From a virus: DNA of 64,000 nucleotides. Shown here in pieces: positions 37,740-48,303 of the stretch. The DNA lies in the IMG/VR virus record IMGVR_UViG_3300037189_026207, positions 16,742 through 80,741 of that record. One strand, 5' to 3'. How positions within the stretch are numbered: the first letter of the stretch is position 1; every line of letters begins with the position of its first letter. Below the pieces are notes generated by a model, which ran no database searches, was not told where the DNA came from, and saw only the letters and a list, made by a program, of their open reading frames with translations. The translations under genes were made by a program, and so were the position numbers.

Positions 37740-40700
37740 GTGAAACATAATTTATCGGAAGCGCTGTACGACCAGCGTCGTCAGCCGATTGTTGAAGCGC
37801 AGTGGCCGGCGGTTGATTTTACTGGCCCGGGAATGCCTGCTCCTGGACCAGACTTTGTTAAGCACGCCATGGACCTCGGCGACGAAGTTGATATGGCGGC
37901 TTTTAAGAAAAAGAAGAAACTAGTATTTGGACAAAACTTAGATTACTTGTATCGTCGAGCGATGTATGACGCAGGTTTTTCTTTGCCTGTGCTCGGCAAG
38001 CGCGGGGTGTTTGACGCAAAATTTGTGCCAGGACATTTAATCGGGTCTGATCAGCAACAAATTGTGTACGGACCAAAACCAGCAAAAATTATGCTGGTCG
38101 GAAAAATTCCTGGCCTAGATAACTTGAGCGAAAAGGACGCGTGCGCCGGCACAGCGATGCACGAATTTTTTCGCGCCATCGGCGAGTTAGGCGTAACCGC
38201 AGAAGAGTACAGCAAGTGGTACGTCACGTTTGCTTGTAAGTTTAGCGCCCCAAGCATCGACATTGATGTTATTCAGGCGTCGTGGCTAAAAGATTGCGCG
38301 CTCATCACGGCGCAAGAACTCAGGATTGTACGGCCAGATTATATTTTGTGTCTCGGAGCCGACGCCACTAAGGCGATTATGAATTCGCCTGTAAAACTTA
38401 ATAACCAGGTCGGCGAGATTACTGTTCCTTTACCGGACGGCGGCGAGCATAAAATTCAAGTTATGTCTTCATTACATCCAGCATTTGTAGCTCGCAGGCC
38501 TGATAGTTACGCAGAGTTTCGCGGTCAGATTCAAAGATTTTTAGATCTAACGCAAGATAAGCTTACAACCACAGAAGACGTCGACCACGCTGAGATTTAT
38601 ACGGAAGATGCGTTACGCGCCACAGTAGACGAGATGATTGCAGACCCGGACGTTAACGCCAATATTATTGCCGTCGACTGTGAGTGGCACGGTGACTACC
38701 CGACTGAGCCCAATGCCTATCTGCGAACAATCCAGATATCAAATAAAGATAAGTGGGCACGAACTATTGTGCTCCGGTACGAAGGCGGCGCAGAAGCGTT
38801 TAGGCCTAGCCTAGACACGGCGCGTGAGCAGTTGTGCCGACTGTTAAAGAGTACGCCAGAACGGCAAGTGCGGGTGGGCGGGCACTTCCTGCGGGCGGAC
38901 TTGCCGTGGCTGATTAATTTTGGCGTAGACGCGCGGCCAGAGTATGCGCCAGATCCTGATCCTGAATGTCGCACCCGCGGCGGTTGGGATACAAGTCTGA
39001 TGTATCACGCGGTGAACGAGACGGCGAAGTACGGGCTGGATGCGTGTACGGTGCATTTCACGAATGCACCAACATATTGGGCCCGGCTTGATAAATGGAA
39101 AAAGAGCTTCTGCACACAATATAAGATTAAAGGCGGCAACCTGGGCGGCTACGGCGAATGCCCGAGCCACATTCTGCATCCGTACGCAAATTATGACGCG
39201 GACGTAACTCGTAGAATCATGTTGCGATTTTACGGGACGGACGGGCGTGACGGATTAATTGCCAGCGACACCTACCGCAACGATTGCTGGTTGCCGTACT
39301 GGACTGCGCACGTAGCGTCGTTAGCGTTTCTGGAAATGGAAATGACCGGCTTTGTTGTCGACCGCAATCGGGCCGACGAGCTTACAAATTTATTTATGGA
39401 AACGCAGGACAGACTGCTAGCGGAGATTCGTCAAGATTTAAGCTGGCCTGACTTTAATCCAAAGTCGCAGCCTCAACTTGCGGTGGCGTTGTTTGGTCGT
39501 GGTTTTATAAGCAATTTTACTAATACTATTACTGTGCCTGATTTTGCGCGTACGTTAGACCTAACGCCCATTAAGACAACGGGAAAAAGGCCTAAGTTAT
39601 GGAAAGATTTAAAGCCACAAACGCGTAAGACCTCGTCGCCGAGCACGGACAAAGAAAGCTTAGGTATTTTTGGCCACTTGAACGTCACTGCCGCAAAAAT
39701 TCGTGACTATAAATTTATTGCGCAGGTTTTGCAGTCCGTTCTGCGAAAGCCGAACGCAGACGACGACGGAGAATTTGAGACGGATGACAACGGCAATTAT
39801 TCGTATGAAAAAGGTCTTATCGGTTGCGCGCATGCTGACGGTAAAGTTAGAACGCATCTTTTCCAGACAAAAGAAACTGGACGCGCCAGCAGCTCCCGAC
39901 CTCCGCTTCAAAACCTTAGTTCGCGCAGAGAGGACGACTACAAGCGCATCCTTGGAGCCGCCCACAAACATCCGGTACGTTCAATATTGCGCGTCCCGCC
40001 CGGTTATGTCGGCATCGAAACGGATTTCACTGGTGCGGAATTGGCGGTCTTAGCTTGGCTTAGTCAGGACGCCAATATGATTGAACACGTCCGGCGTAAT
40101 TTATTGCCAGAAGAAGATCCTGATCACTACGATATTCACTCACAACAAGCCGTTAAAGTATTTAATTTAACCAACGTAACGCCAACGAAAAGCGGTATGG
40201 TTAAAGCTGGTTGCAAAGGACTGCGTATTGCGGCAAAAAACGTGAACTTTGGTATCCCGTACGGCCGCGGTCCTGAAGCTATTGCGCGTCAGTGTAAGGA
40301 AGAAGGCGTGAGCGTAACGCCAGAGGACTGTAAGGCGATGATTGCGGCTTACTTCTCAGCTTATCCTAAAACCGAAGATTTTCTTGCGTCTTGCCGGCAG
40401 CGGTCGCAGGATCCTGGTTGGCTTGTTGGCCCGTACGGAAGATTTAGACGATTTAGCAATTCGGCACATAAGGACGGCGCTACTATTGGAGAGCAGGAAC
40501 GACAGGCGCAAAACTTTCCAATTCAAGGCGGCGTAGCTGATGCGGTATCTATTGCTCTAGCTAATTTTGTTAATTATCGCGCGCAGCATCCAGATGTTGA
40601 GTATCGCGTAGCTCTTCAGATTCACGACGCTATTATTTTAGTGGTACCTATCGCGCACGCCGAGCGTGTATACCACGAGGTTATTCCCAAGTGCATGGTC

Positions 40701-40859
40701 GACGACGTGCCGTTCTGGCCGCGTACACTGAGCGGTCAGCCGATCCCGGTCGAAAAGCCGTATCATTTTGGTATTGATTGTGATGTATTTATTCATTGGG
40801 GCGAGAAGCTTAAGTCAAATCAAATCGACGAAATGGGCCTGAATTGGCTGAAAAAGTAG
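37740..40859 (+). CDS. polA: Family A DNA polymerase with N-terminal uracil-DNA-glycosylase-like domain and 3'-5' exonuclease
   Basis: UDG4-like LVGKIPG...ILCLGADA...LHPA; exonuclease AVDCE; TGRASSSRPPLQN; motif A DFTGAEL; motif B RIAAKNVNFGIPYG; NFPIQG; motif C QIHDA. Confidence 0.92.
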   Translation: MKHNLSEALYDQRRQPIVEAQWPAVDFTGPGMPAPGPDFVKHAMDLGDEVDMAAFKKKKKLVFGQNLDYLYRRAMYDAGFSLPVLGKRGVFDAKFVPGHLIGSDQQQIVYGPKPAKIMLVGKIPGLDNLSEKDACAGTAMHEFFRAIGELGVTAEEYSKWYVTFACKFSAPSIDIDVIQASWLKDCALITAQELRIVRPDYILCLGADATKAIMNSPVKLNNQVGEITVPLPDGGEHKIQVMSSLHPAFVARRPDSYAEFRGQIQRFLDLTQDKLTTTEDVDHAEIYTEDALRATVDEMIADPDVNANIIAVDCEWHGDYPTEPNAYLRTIQISNKDKWARTIVLRYEGGAEAFRPSLDTAREQLCRLLKSTPERQVRVGGHFLRADLPWLINFGVDARPEYAPDPDPECRTRGGWDTSLMYHAVNETAKYGLDACTVHFTNAPTYWARLDKWKKSFCTQYKIKGGNLGGYGECPSHILHPYANYDADVTRRIMLRFYGTDGRDGLIASDTYRNDCWLPYWTAHVASLAFLEMEMTGFVVDRNRADELTNLFMETQDRLLAEIRQDLSWPDFNPKSQPQLAVALFGRGFISNFTNTITVPDFARTLDLTPIKTTGKRPKLWKDLKPQTRKTSSPSTDKESLGIFGHLNVTAAKIRDYKFIAQVLQSVLRKPNADDDGEFETDDNGNYSYEKGLIGCAHADGKVRTHLFQTKETGRASSSRPPLQNLSSRREDDYKRILGAAHKHPVRSILRVPPGYVGIETDFTGAELAVLAWLSQDANMIEHVRRNLLPEEDPDHYDIHSQQAVKVFNLTNVTPTKSGMVKAGCKGLRIAAKNVNFGIPYGRGPEAIARQCKEEGVSVTPEDCKAMIAAYFSAYPKTEDFLASCRQRSQDPGWLVGPYGRFRRFSNSAHKDGATIGEQERQAQNFPIQGGVADAVSIALANFVNYRAQHPDVEYRVALQIHDAIILVVPIAHAERVYHEVIPKCMVDDVPFWPRTLSGQPIPVEKPYHFGIDCDVFIHWGEKLKSNQIDEMGLNWLKK

Positions 40860-40862
40860 GCC

Positions 40863-40890
40863 TAGACTTTCCCCCAAAGTGTGCTAGAGT
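40863..40890 (+). promoter_or_regulatory. Possible sigma70-like promoter
   Basis: TAGACT, 16 nt, extended TGn-TAGAGT in the intergenic gap. Confidence 0.3.
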
Positions 40891-40946
40891 ACCCGTAGCT
40901 CAATAGGAGCTTTTCTTTTTTACTTTTAAGTTTGGAGTATGTTTCA

Positions 40947-42332
40947 ATGCCTCGTTACGCTAGTCAGAATTTAGCATCTTTTGGCACTCAATCTTCCAAT
41001 AATAGTGGTGATGGAAAACGACGTTTATTTTGCTACGGAAAGCAACGCAATGTTATTACTGTCGGTGGGCGTAAAATGTTGGATGACGGCCTTTGCCTTC
41101 GCCTACTGCCGACGTATGAAGTTGATGATCGCGGTAGTCGACTGACCAATGCGCAAGGTCAACCGGTACTTACGCCGTTCAAGCGGGCCGATGGCTCGTT
41201 TGGCGACTGGTGCCGCACGTATGAGTGCGTGTCTTGGTTTGGTCAGCCCGGCTTGCACTTTGTTGTGCACGACGGCAATCCGTCCCTGAATCGATATGAC
41301 AGCCCGGTATGGATTCTGTATCAAGCTGCGTACAAGAATAAGGAAACGCCGGGTATTGGCGCTCTGTTCTGCGATTTGCTAAATCGTCAGGCTGGTTTTC
41401 AGCAGCAGACTCATGTCGGTTCGCTGAAGCGGCCTGAGCAGATTCTGTTTGTTAGCGCGTCGCAGGTTCATACCCGCTCCGACAAGTCGATCGGTCTTGG
41501 CGCATATGATCTGGCGGACCAAAAAGAGGGCAACGCCCGCATTTTTGGTTTTAAGAAGACCGCTGCTGAAAGCCTGCTGAATGCCCTACAGGTTCAGTCC
41601 GACAACGGCGCTCAACTGTGCGGCGATATGCTGGCTGATCCGGCTAAGTTAATTACTGTGATTTCTAAGTCGTACGGCGCAGCACTTCACCCGAAGCCGC
41701 CCCGCCCGCACGGCATCTCGATTGAAGGGCCTGAGTACGTAACGGTTCCGTATTACGCGCTCTCGCCACAAAATCCCAATGAAGTTGTGATTCTTGGAAA
41801 GGTGCAGGCAAAGCCCGACGCCAAGCTCCCGCCGGAGCAGCATTCGGTTATTTTGCACGATACCTACAATGGCCAGCGCGTAACCCTCGAGAACTACAGC
41901 CGGCAGCTTGTGACCGAGAACATGACGTTTGATGAGGCTATGTATATTATGACGTATGAAGAGCAGGCTGAATTAATGGTCGGCTCTTTCCCTCGTGAAG
42001 CTTTAGATTTTGCTTGGCGTGAACATCCGGAGTACCTGCGGTTCCTTCGGGGCCGCGGCGCTACTACGGTTGAAATGCCGCAGACCACGTTCCAGCAACC
42101 TGCTCCGGTGTCGGCTCCTAGGCCGGCTCCTGCCGCTAGTCAGCCCCAGTGGCCGACAAATACGGCACCGCAGTTGACGGACGAAATTGATCCCGATGCT
42201 GCGGCTGCTTACTCGCAGCTGCAGGCGGCTATGGGGCAGGCGCAAGCAACCGCTGCCCCGCAGAATAACGTGGCTGATGTCGTAGCGCAGGCTCGCGCTA
42301 AGGCTCAGAAGCAGGTCGGCGCTAAGAGCTGA
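40947..42332 (+). CDS. Hypothetical protein, possible ssDNA-binding or recombination mediator
   Basis: Between pol and RecA; LRLLP motif and a P/Q/A-rich low-complexity tail. Confidence 0.55.
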   Translation: MPRYASQNLASFGTQSSNNSGDGKRRLFCYGKQRNVITVGGRKMLDDGLCLRLLPTYEVDDRGSRLTNAQGQPVLTPFKRADGSFGDWCRTYECVSWFGQPGLHFVVHDGNPSLNRYDSPVWILYQAAYKNKETPGIGALFCDLLNRQAGFQQQTHVGSLKRPEQILFVSASQVHTRSDKSIGLGAYDLADQKEGNARIFGFKKTAAESLLNALQVQSDNGAQLCGDMLADPAKLITVISKSYGAALHPKPPRPHGISIEGPEYVTVPYYALSPQNPNEVVILGKVQAKPDAKLPPEQHSVILHDTYNGQRVTLENYSRQLVTENMTFDEAMYIMTYEEQAELMVGSFPREALDFAWREHPEYLRFLRGRGATTVEMPQTTFQQPAPVSAPRPAPAASQPQWPTNTAPQLTDEIDPDAAAAYSQLQAAMGQAQATAAPQNNVADVVAQARAKAQKQVGAKS

Positions 42333-42355
42333 TTTGTATTTATTCTAATCTTATC

Positions 42356-42397
42356 GGCGGAAAGGGTGCGCTTTGGAGCCACCCTCTTCGCCCCTTT
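42356..42397 (+). terminator. Hairpin between the SSB-like and RecA-like genes
   Basis: GGCGGA-AAGGGTG / CACCCT-CTTCGCC imperfect stem. Confidence 0.4.
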
Positions 42398-42410
42398 CTA
42401 CGAGGAAACT

Positions 42411-43787
42411 ATGGGACGACGCAAAAAAGAACTTGATACTGATATTGATTTAACCGCCCGTAACGGCGAGCATCCTGTTATTACTGAAATTTTAAAAGCC
42501 GCAGCAGAAGAGCAAGATCCTCTAATTGGTCTGCCTGTGCCAGCGTTGTCGGCGCGGTATGTTTTGCAAAGTAATATTTTTCCGTTGTCGCGGTTTACGC
42601 AACTCCGCGGCGAGTTTAGTGCCGGTAAGTCTGCTTTATTGATTGAGATCATGCGCTGGTTTGCCGTATATGGCGGCGGCGGTGTAATGATCGATACAGA
42701 AAGCAAAGCCAGCCGGAGCATGATTGACGGCATTTGCGGCCACAACCTTGATTACACCAAGCGTATCGTGGCGGTTCAGGCTAATACCGTAGAAGAGTGG
42801 CAAAAGCGTTACATTAGCCTGTGTCAGTTAATTCACAAGCAATGTGATGAAAATAAGTCAGGCAACGTGTACCCTATGTGCATCGGCGTCGATTCGATTT
42901 CTGCCGTCGAGGTAGAGCGACGCGTCGAAAAGGTTGCAGACGAGGGTCATGCGTCGGCCGGCCATCCGTATCTAGCCCGCAATTTGTCGGACTTTATGCG
43001 GACGGCGCTTATTCCAACGCTACGGCACTATCCAATCGCGTTTATTGCCACGAACCATCTGAAAGAAGAAATTAATCAGATGGGTTTTGGCGCCCCGAAA
43101 AAGTACGCTCCAGGCGGCGCTAGTCTAGATTATTATCCAACGCTGATCTTGGACATGGAGCGAGTCTCTAGCAAGATGGTTGAGAAGAATCAGCAGGAGG
43201 GGCAGCAGGTCCGGATCAAGGCGACCAAGAACAATCTTGGCGCTCCTGGGCGGCGTGTTGTTGTTAACTTGATGTGGTATAGCCGCGCTATACCGCAAAC
43301 AAGCCCGGACGGCGAGATTACGGGATATGTAACACAGCAGCATCATTACTGGGATTGGCACACCGCCACGACCAGGTTGCTTATTGATGTGCAAGACCCG
43401 GACCGAAAGCCACAGCCGGGCCACGACCCTAAGATCGCGGAGATTATGCGACAGGTATGTGACGTAGAGTACAAGCACGGCACCAAGAACGCAGACGTGC
43501 CGCTGGTGTACTCAAACGCGCTTGGAATCAGTAAGCAAGACGCCGTACCCGAAGTCGAGTTGTCGATGATTTTCGAGGAAAACGAGAAGATTAAGGGACT
43601 CGTGCACGGGTTACTGGGAATTAATCAGTACGCGGTATGTGATCCTGCGGTTAAGTATCGTGAGCAGGTTATGGCTGTTATGCGGGAGAAGCAGACGACT
43701 GACATCCCAGAAATGATGGCAGCCGCTTCCGCGATTGAAGATTTTATTCCGAGCGAACTTGATCCTTTGGGCCAGTTTGCAGAATAA
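42411..43787 (+). CDS. RecA/UvsX-like recombinase
   Basis: GEFSAGKS Walker A, IDTE, GVDSISA, TNHLK, PGGASLDY, KATKN. Confidence 0.85.
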   Translation: MGRRKKELDTDIDLTARNGEHPVITEILKAAAEEQDPLIGLPVPALSARYVLQSNIFPLSRFTQLRGEFSAGKSALLIEIMRWFAVYGGGGVMIDTESKASRSMIDGICGHNLDYTKRIVAVQANTVEEWQKRYISLCQLIHKQCDENKSGNVYPMCIGVDSISAVEVERRVEKVADEGHASAGHPYLARNLSDFMRTALIPTLRHYPIAFIATNHLKEEINQMGFGAPKKYAPGGASLDYYPTLILDMERVSSKMVEKNQQEGQQVRIKATKNNLGAPGRRVVVNLMWYSRAIPQTSPDGEITGYVTQQHHYWDWHTATTRLLIDVQDPDRKPQPGHDPKIAEIMRQVCDVEYKHGTKNADVPLVYSNALGISKQDAVPEVELSMIFEENEKIKGLVHGLLGINQYAVCDPAVKYREQVMAVMREKQTTDIPEMMAAASAIEDFIPSELDPLGQFAE

Positions 43788-44353
43788 TGGAACGAGATGA
43801 CTTTTTCCGGAATTTGTTTGAGAATAATACGCCGGAGGCTGACGCCATTAGGGCGCAGCGCCAGCTCGCGTACGAGGAGCGCATTATCAAGCGCATCTTG
43901 ACGGAGTGTGGCGCTGCGCCCGCCAGCTGGGGCGCGTTAGTGAATACATGCCGCCGAGAATCACACGAAGATAAATTAAATTTTGGGTGGTTTAATTCTT
44001 TTTATCGCCAATTTCCTGGCCAGCTTTGCGGTAAAAGAATTCCTTTTATGCATCAGATAACATTAGTAGATTTATTCAAACCGGTAGGCAAGAACAGAGT
44101 CGTAAAAGCCGTTAGTAAAGCGCTGGCCGCCCTTTCAGTTGATCCGGTTTTACAGCCTTATGTGTTAGTATTTCCAATTGTAAAAACACAATTCTGCGCG
44201 CACACTGTGGCCCGCGTCGCATACGACCCGGTCACGGGAACCAATCGAATGCAGTTTTCTATTCAATCGCCCGCCGGTGTAAGTTCCCGGCCACTGTTTA
44301 TTGAACCGCTAAAAACATTTTGTGCAGCGCTTGGTAATCAATGGGCTTTGTGA
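43787..44353 (+). CDS. Hypothetical protein
   Basis: TAATG coupling to the RecA-like gene. Confidence 0.65.
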   Translation: MERDDFFRNLFENNTPEADAIRAQRQLAYEERIIKRILTECGAAPASWGALVNTCRRESHEDKLNFGWFNSFYRQFPGQLCGKRIPFMHQITLVDLFKPVGKNRVVKAVSKALAALSVDPVLQPYVLVFPIVKTQFCAHTVARVAYDPVTGTNRMQFSIQSPAGVSSRPLFIEPLKTFCAALGNQWAL

Positions 44354-45495
44354 TGTCGCCTAGCCAACCGCCTGTTCAATCTGTATTTGCACAAATTGTC
44401 GCGCTATCATTCTCTTCGCGGCAGGAAAATGAGTGCATTAATTTTCTGCAAAAGCGCAGCGACGCTTCTGCGTTAATTACAATCTCGGACGAAGCCCAAC
44501 TCCGATTAGCCGCTGACGGTCGTTTAATTGAAACAGGCTACCGGTTTAATTTATTGGGTTTCTTTTCGGTTTGCCGCGCGATATCTGGCGGGTTAAGTCG
44601 CGTTTTTGGCGAAGTATCTGGGCTTACGCCATCTAAGCTATACGCGCTAGAGTCATCAAGCGTTCCGGCAGCCGTGAGCATTTATAACACGGCGTTACGG
44701 GTGCGGTTTGAATTATTAAGAGAACGCAACTTGCTAGTCGATAGCTCTAATCGCTCTGTCGACGGTTTTTTGGGTTTAAATCACAAACTACTCGATAACG
44801 CAATTTTTTTGGAAACTATTTTGACGGCTATGCGAGAGCAACAACCGTCTGCAATTTTTCAAAGAGCCGAGCTTGTAGGGCGAGAGTTGCGCGTGTATAT
44901 TCTGGACCAAGACACTCGCCGGTCGGACATATACGCCGATCCCGCGCATACTTATGCCGCTGGTTGGTATTTTTGTAATCGTGAAGATTCGGGGAACGCT
45001 GTTAAAGCTTTGCCTTGTTTGTTTACCAAGTTTGGCGTGGCAATTGACGAGAGCGGTACGCGAAAACGAGTGATTCACGCCGGCGCCGATTTGATTGGCC
45101 GCGCGACCGACTTAATTCGCTCGACATATTTGAAAAAGATAGATCTGAATGTAGTGCGTTCTCGCGTGGCGGCATTAAATAGTCAGTCGCTTGGATTTGA
45201 GGACGGCGGTTCTGCATTTTCTGAAACCGTTAAAAAATGGACTAACTATCTCGTGCGCTTCGGCATACCGAGAGAGATGGCCGCGGTGATCGCTAAGAAC
45301 GCTGGAGTTGTGGGTAAAGACCTTGCGCCGCGAGACCCGCTAGACGTGTTTACGCGAAAGGTTTTAACGGAACGAACAGCTTATGATTTAGTGTGTTCAA
45401 CTCTTCGCTACGCAAAAAATTTACCATCTAATCATCGTGAAAAGGTTCAATCGGTTGGTATGGCGCTGCTGTTGCCTAAAAACAGCGCTAAATGA
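44341..45495 (+). CDS. DUF932-like protein
   Basis: FLG.NHKLLDN..FLE...AGWYFCNREDSG..VKA.P resembles the DUF932 core. Confidence 0.45.
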   Translation: MGFVMSPSQPPVQSVFAQIVALSFSSRQENECINFLQKRSDASALITISDEAQLRLAADGRLIETGYRFNLLGFFSVCRAISGGLSRVFGEVSGLTPSKLYALESSSVPAAVSIYNTALRVRFELLRERNLLVDSSNRSVDGFLGLNHKLLDNAIFLETILTAMREQQPSAIFQRAELVGRELRVYILDQDTRRSDIYADPAHTYAAGWYFCNREDSGNAVKALPCLFTKFGVAIDESGTRKRVIHAGADLIGRATDLIRSTYLKKIDLNVVRSRVAALNSQSLGFEDGGSAFSETVKKWTNYLVRFGIPREMAAVIAKNAGVVGKDLAPRDPLDVFTRKVLTERTAYDLVCSTLRYAKNLPSNHREKVQSVGMALLLPKNSAK

Positions 45496-46370
45496 AAGGA
45501 AGTCAAATGTCTCAAGAAAATGAAATAATTGTAGGTCAGCAGGCTGTAATTTCAGCGGCATTTTCTGATATGCATGAGAACCTCCAAAAAGCGATCAGCA
45601 ACATCGACGAGATGATTACTGACCAGCACGCTGCAAACATCCTAACGCTGTGGCGCGTGGGCGAGATTATTTACGATTTAGAGGTTTGTCCAGATAAGTA
45701 CTTGACAGATTCGCAAAAATCTAAACACGTTAACCCACTGGCTTTGCTGGCCGATTTTTTCCGAAAGACATATAGCGTTGATCAGTTTGATATGGCGCGC
45801 GGGTTATATGAAAATTATCCGTCGCAAGAGGCTATCTCTAATCTTGTTAACGCGCGTTGCCCGGCACGACCCAATTGGCGGTTAACGGCGTCGCACGTGC
45901 AGCTTCTACTTTCTATCCCTGACAAGGATCAGCGAGAAGTGGTAGCGGAGCGCTGCGTGAAAGAGGCGTATACCACGAAGGCTCTTGCGGTTGAGCTGAC
46001 GGAATTACGCGGCGCAGCAAAGCGGGCGGAGAAGAAGCTCACCGCGCCGAAGGGTTTAAAGCAGCGCGTATACGACTTGCTTGAACATCAGCGCAAGTTT
46101 ATCGCTAGGTCGGAGAAGTTGTGGCTGGCAGATGACGGGCTATACGATACCGTCATGAATTCTTCGCCTACGCAGTTAAACGATACTATTCGCGGATATT
46201 TATCCGAAATTGACGAGAATTTTGAAAAATTACAAGAGGCGGTACAGGACCACCGAAATATGATTCGAAGAGTAAGCGAGATGCTGGAAAAGATCGACGC
46301 GGAAGCGGCAGACGCAGATGTTATGCGTGATTCTGCCCTGGCCTCATCCGATTCCATCCTTACCCGATAG
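45492..46370 (+). CDS. DUF1016 N-terminal-like DNA-binding protein
   Basis: LWRVGEII...LTASHVQLLLSIPD..QRE......KEAYTTKAL pattern. Confidence 0.5.
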   Translation: MKGSQMSQENEIIVGQQAVISAAFSDMHENLQKAISNIDEMITDQHAANILTLWRVGEIIYDLEVCPDKYLTDSQKSKHVNPLALLADFFRKTYSVDQFDMARGLYENYPSQEAISNLVNARCPARPNWRLTASHVQLLLSIPDKDQREVVAERCVKEAYTTKALAVELTELRGAAKRAEKKLTAPKGLKQRVYDLLEHQRKFIARSEKLWLADDGLYDTVMNSSPTQLNDTIRGYLSEIDENFEKLQEAVQDHRNMIRRVSEMLEKIDAEAADADVMRDSALASSDSILTR

Positions 46371-46377
46371 GTGCTAA

Positions 46378-46902
46378 ATGTTGTTCTTTAAAGATGTTCC
46401 GATTGTTGTGGATCCGGGCGTAGCAGCGCTGGAGGTCGGAATCATAAATGTGGCAAAGCGCGGTAAACGATTATTTTATGTCGTATTCGAGCGCGTTATT
46501 TTAAATTCAGAGACGGCGGATGCTCTTCCATTTGTGGTAACGTCGCAAACACCACACGTGTTTTCGATGCTACCTGAGCTGGACAAAAGCCCGTTCTTAC
46601 TGGTCTATGACTTGTTCGGGCGGTTGAGTGTCGTTTATACGCGAGAGGAAGGTACGAATGCTTGGGTGCGAAATGATGCCGCGCCAGAGCAAGTTGGTGA
46701 AACTATTACGCAGTTTTCAGCGCGTTTTTCTTTTAACACAGTCAAAGAGCGAGATAAGTTTTTAGCCGCTATGGGGCGTATTTCAAACAATAAGTATTCT
46801 CGTAATGACGTAGAAACAATTTCCCGGCTTTTAAATGCGACCTCAGTTGGGCCGATAGTATTACCAATTGCCATTGTTCCGCCACAAAAAAGTATTGCTT
46901 AG
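46378..46902 (+). CDS. Hypothetical protein
   Basis: Operon-packed ORF. Confidence 0.6.
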   Translation: MLFFKDVPIVVDPGVAALEVGIINVAKRGKRLFYVVFERVILNSETADALPFVVTSQTPHVFSMLPELDKSPFLLVYDLFGRLSVVYTREEGTNAWVRNDAAPEQVGETITQFSARFSFNTVKERDKFLAAMGRISNNKYSRNDVETISRLLNATSVGPIVLPIAIVPPQKSIA

Positions 46903-46909
46903 GTAAATA

Positions 46910-47635
46910 ATGACAAAAGTTTGCGTATGCGCGTTGCTTTACGGTAACGACAGCCATTGTGAAAACTTGGCGCTTCGGCTTTTAAACAAAGAGTTTATTG
47001 AGCTGGGGAAATACGCAGACTTGCGCATTGGACTTAACGCAGTTGGAACAGCCACGCGGCAAATCGTAAGCGGGGTAGTCGAAAAACTTCCGGATACTCT
47101 TGTAATAGATTCGCCGGAAAACATACACAAATACCCCATGATGCGGCGCCTATTCGACGCGCGCCCAATAGGGGCCCCGCTTACGATGTGGTTTGACGAT
47201 GACTCTTGTATTGTTCCCGAGACTAATATTGACGAGTGGTTAAACCGTATAAGTAAACAACTTAATACTTATGCTATTGTTGGTTCTGTTTATTTACACG
47301 GTTACACCGGCGGGCAACGAGACTGGATTAAAGCTCAATCTTGGTACCGCAGTAAAGCGCCGACACGGTGCTTGAACTATGTTGCCGGCGGCTGGTGGAC
47401 GGCCCAAACAAACGTCTTACACGAGCTCAACTGGCCTCCCGCCGGGCTTAAGAACAGAGGCGGCGACATCATGCTAGGCGAAGCAATGCGTCAAAATAAC
47501 TTCTTGATTGGCCACTTCCGCGACAATCTATGGATTAGCGCTAACGCTTCTGGCGTGGAATCCAAGTCTCCAAGGCGTGGCGGAACAGAAGTGCCGGCTG
47601 GCGTAGACTATGTGCCTAGGGGGGTAGTACCATAA
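46910..47635 (+). CDS. GT-A fold glycosyltransferase-like protein
   Basis: N-terminal beta strand, SPENIHKYP, TMWFDDDS (DxD), GGWW, GGDIMLG. Confidence 0.6.
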   Translation: MTKVCVCALLYGNDSHCENLALRLLNKEFIELGKYADLRIGLNAVGTATRQIVSGVVEKLPDTLVIDSPENIHKYPMMRRLFDARPIGAPLTMWFDDDSCIVPETNIDEWLNRISKQLNTYAIVGSVYLHGYTGGQRDWIKAQSWYRSKAPTRCLNYVAGGWWTAQTNVLHELNWPPAGLKNRGGDIMLGEAMRQNNFLIGHFRDNLWISANASGVESKSPRRGGTEVPAGVDYVPRGVVP

Positions 47636-47685
47636 GCGACGTACCCGAACTAGACGAATTAATTCGCGAATATGATTCTGTTTAT

Positions 47686-47889
47686 TTGTTTAATCGGCGT
47701 TGGGAGCAGCGCGAACGATTATTCATAAGCGCAAGTCGTCTTACTGCTATAACGTTAACAGTATTTTTTGCGTATTCAATTATTGGAATTTTTAGTCTTT
47801 TGATTGCGCCTGCCGCCGCACGAGTTTTCGTTAAATTATTTCCATACCCGCCCCGCCGAGATCCGTTTACCCGGTATCGTTGCAGGTGA
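47686..47889 (+). CDS. Small membrane protein (start uncertain)
   Basis: Hydrophobic LTAITLTVFFAYSIIGIFSLLIAP. Confidence 0.45.
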   Translation: MFNRRWEQRERLFISASRLTAITLTVFFAYSIIGIFSLLIAPAAARVFVKLFPYPPRRDPFTRYRCR

Positions 47890-47904
47890 CTATCTAGGTT
47901 AATT

Positions 47905-48303
47905 ATGCAAGTAATAACTACGCGCATAGATTTAGAGCGCACTCGGGCTGCGTGGTCACGTGACGAGTTTCTGCCCGCGCATGTTATTGCCCGTAAAGAC
48001 AATAAGCGATGGCGCGTTTTAGACGCGCCTTATTCGTTTAACTCGCCGCCTAGCTTTGCATCGGCGGATGCGGATAAATATATTCGAATTCCGCTATTTC
48101 CGTATAAACTAAGCCCGGTCGGCGATGTGGCATTAGCTTTTATGTTGCGCATGGGCTTATCTTTTGTAAATTACATATCAAGCGAAATCGACACGTTGCA
48201 TATTGTTACGGGGCAACCAGTTGAGCTAATTTATCAAGATCGCGATCTGATACATATGATTTGTTGGATAGGATTTGCATTTGTTGAAAAGGACAATAAA
48301 TGA
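47905..48303 (+). CDS. Hypothetical protein
   Basis: Operon-packed ORF. Confidence 0.6.
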   Translation: MQVITTRIDLERTRAAWSRDEFLPAHVIARKDNKRWRVLDAPYSFNSPPSFASADADKYIRIPLFPYKLSPVGDVALAFMLRMGLSFVNYISSEIDTLHIVTGQPVELIYQDRDLIHMICWIGFAFVEKDNK

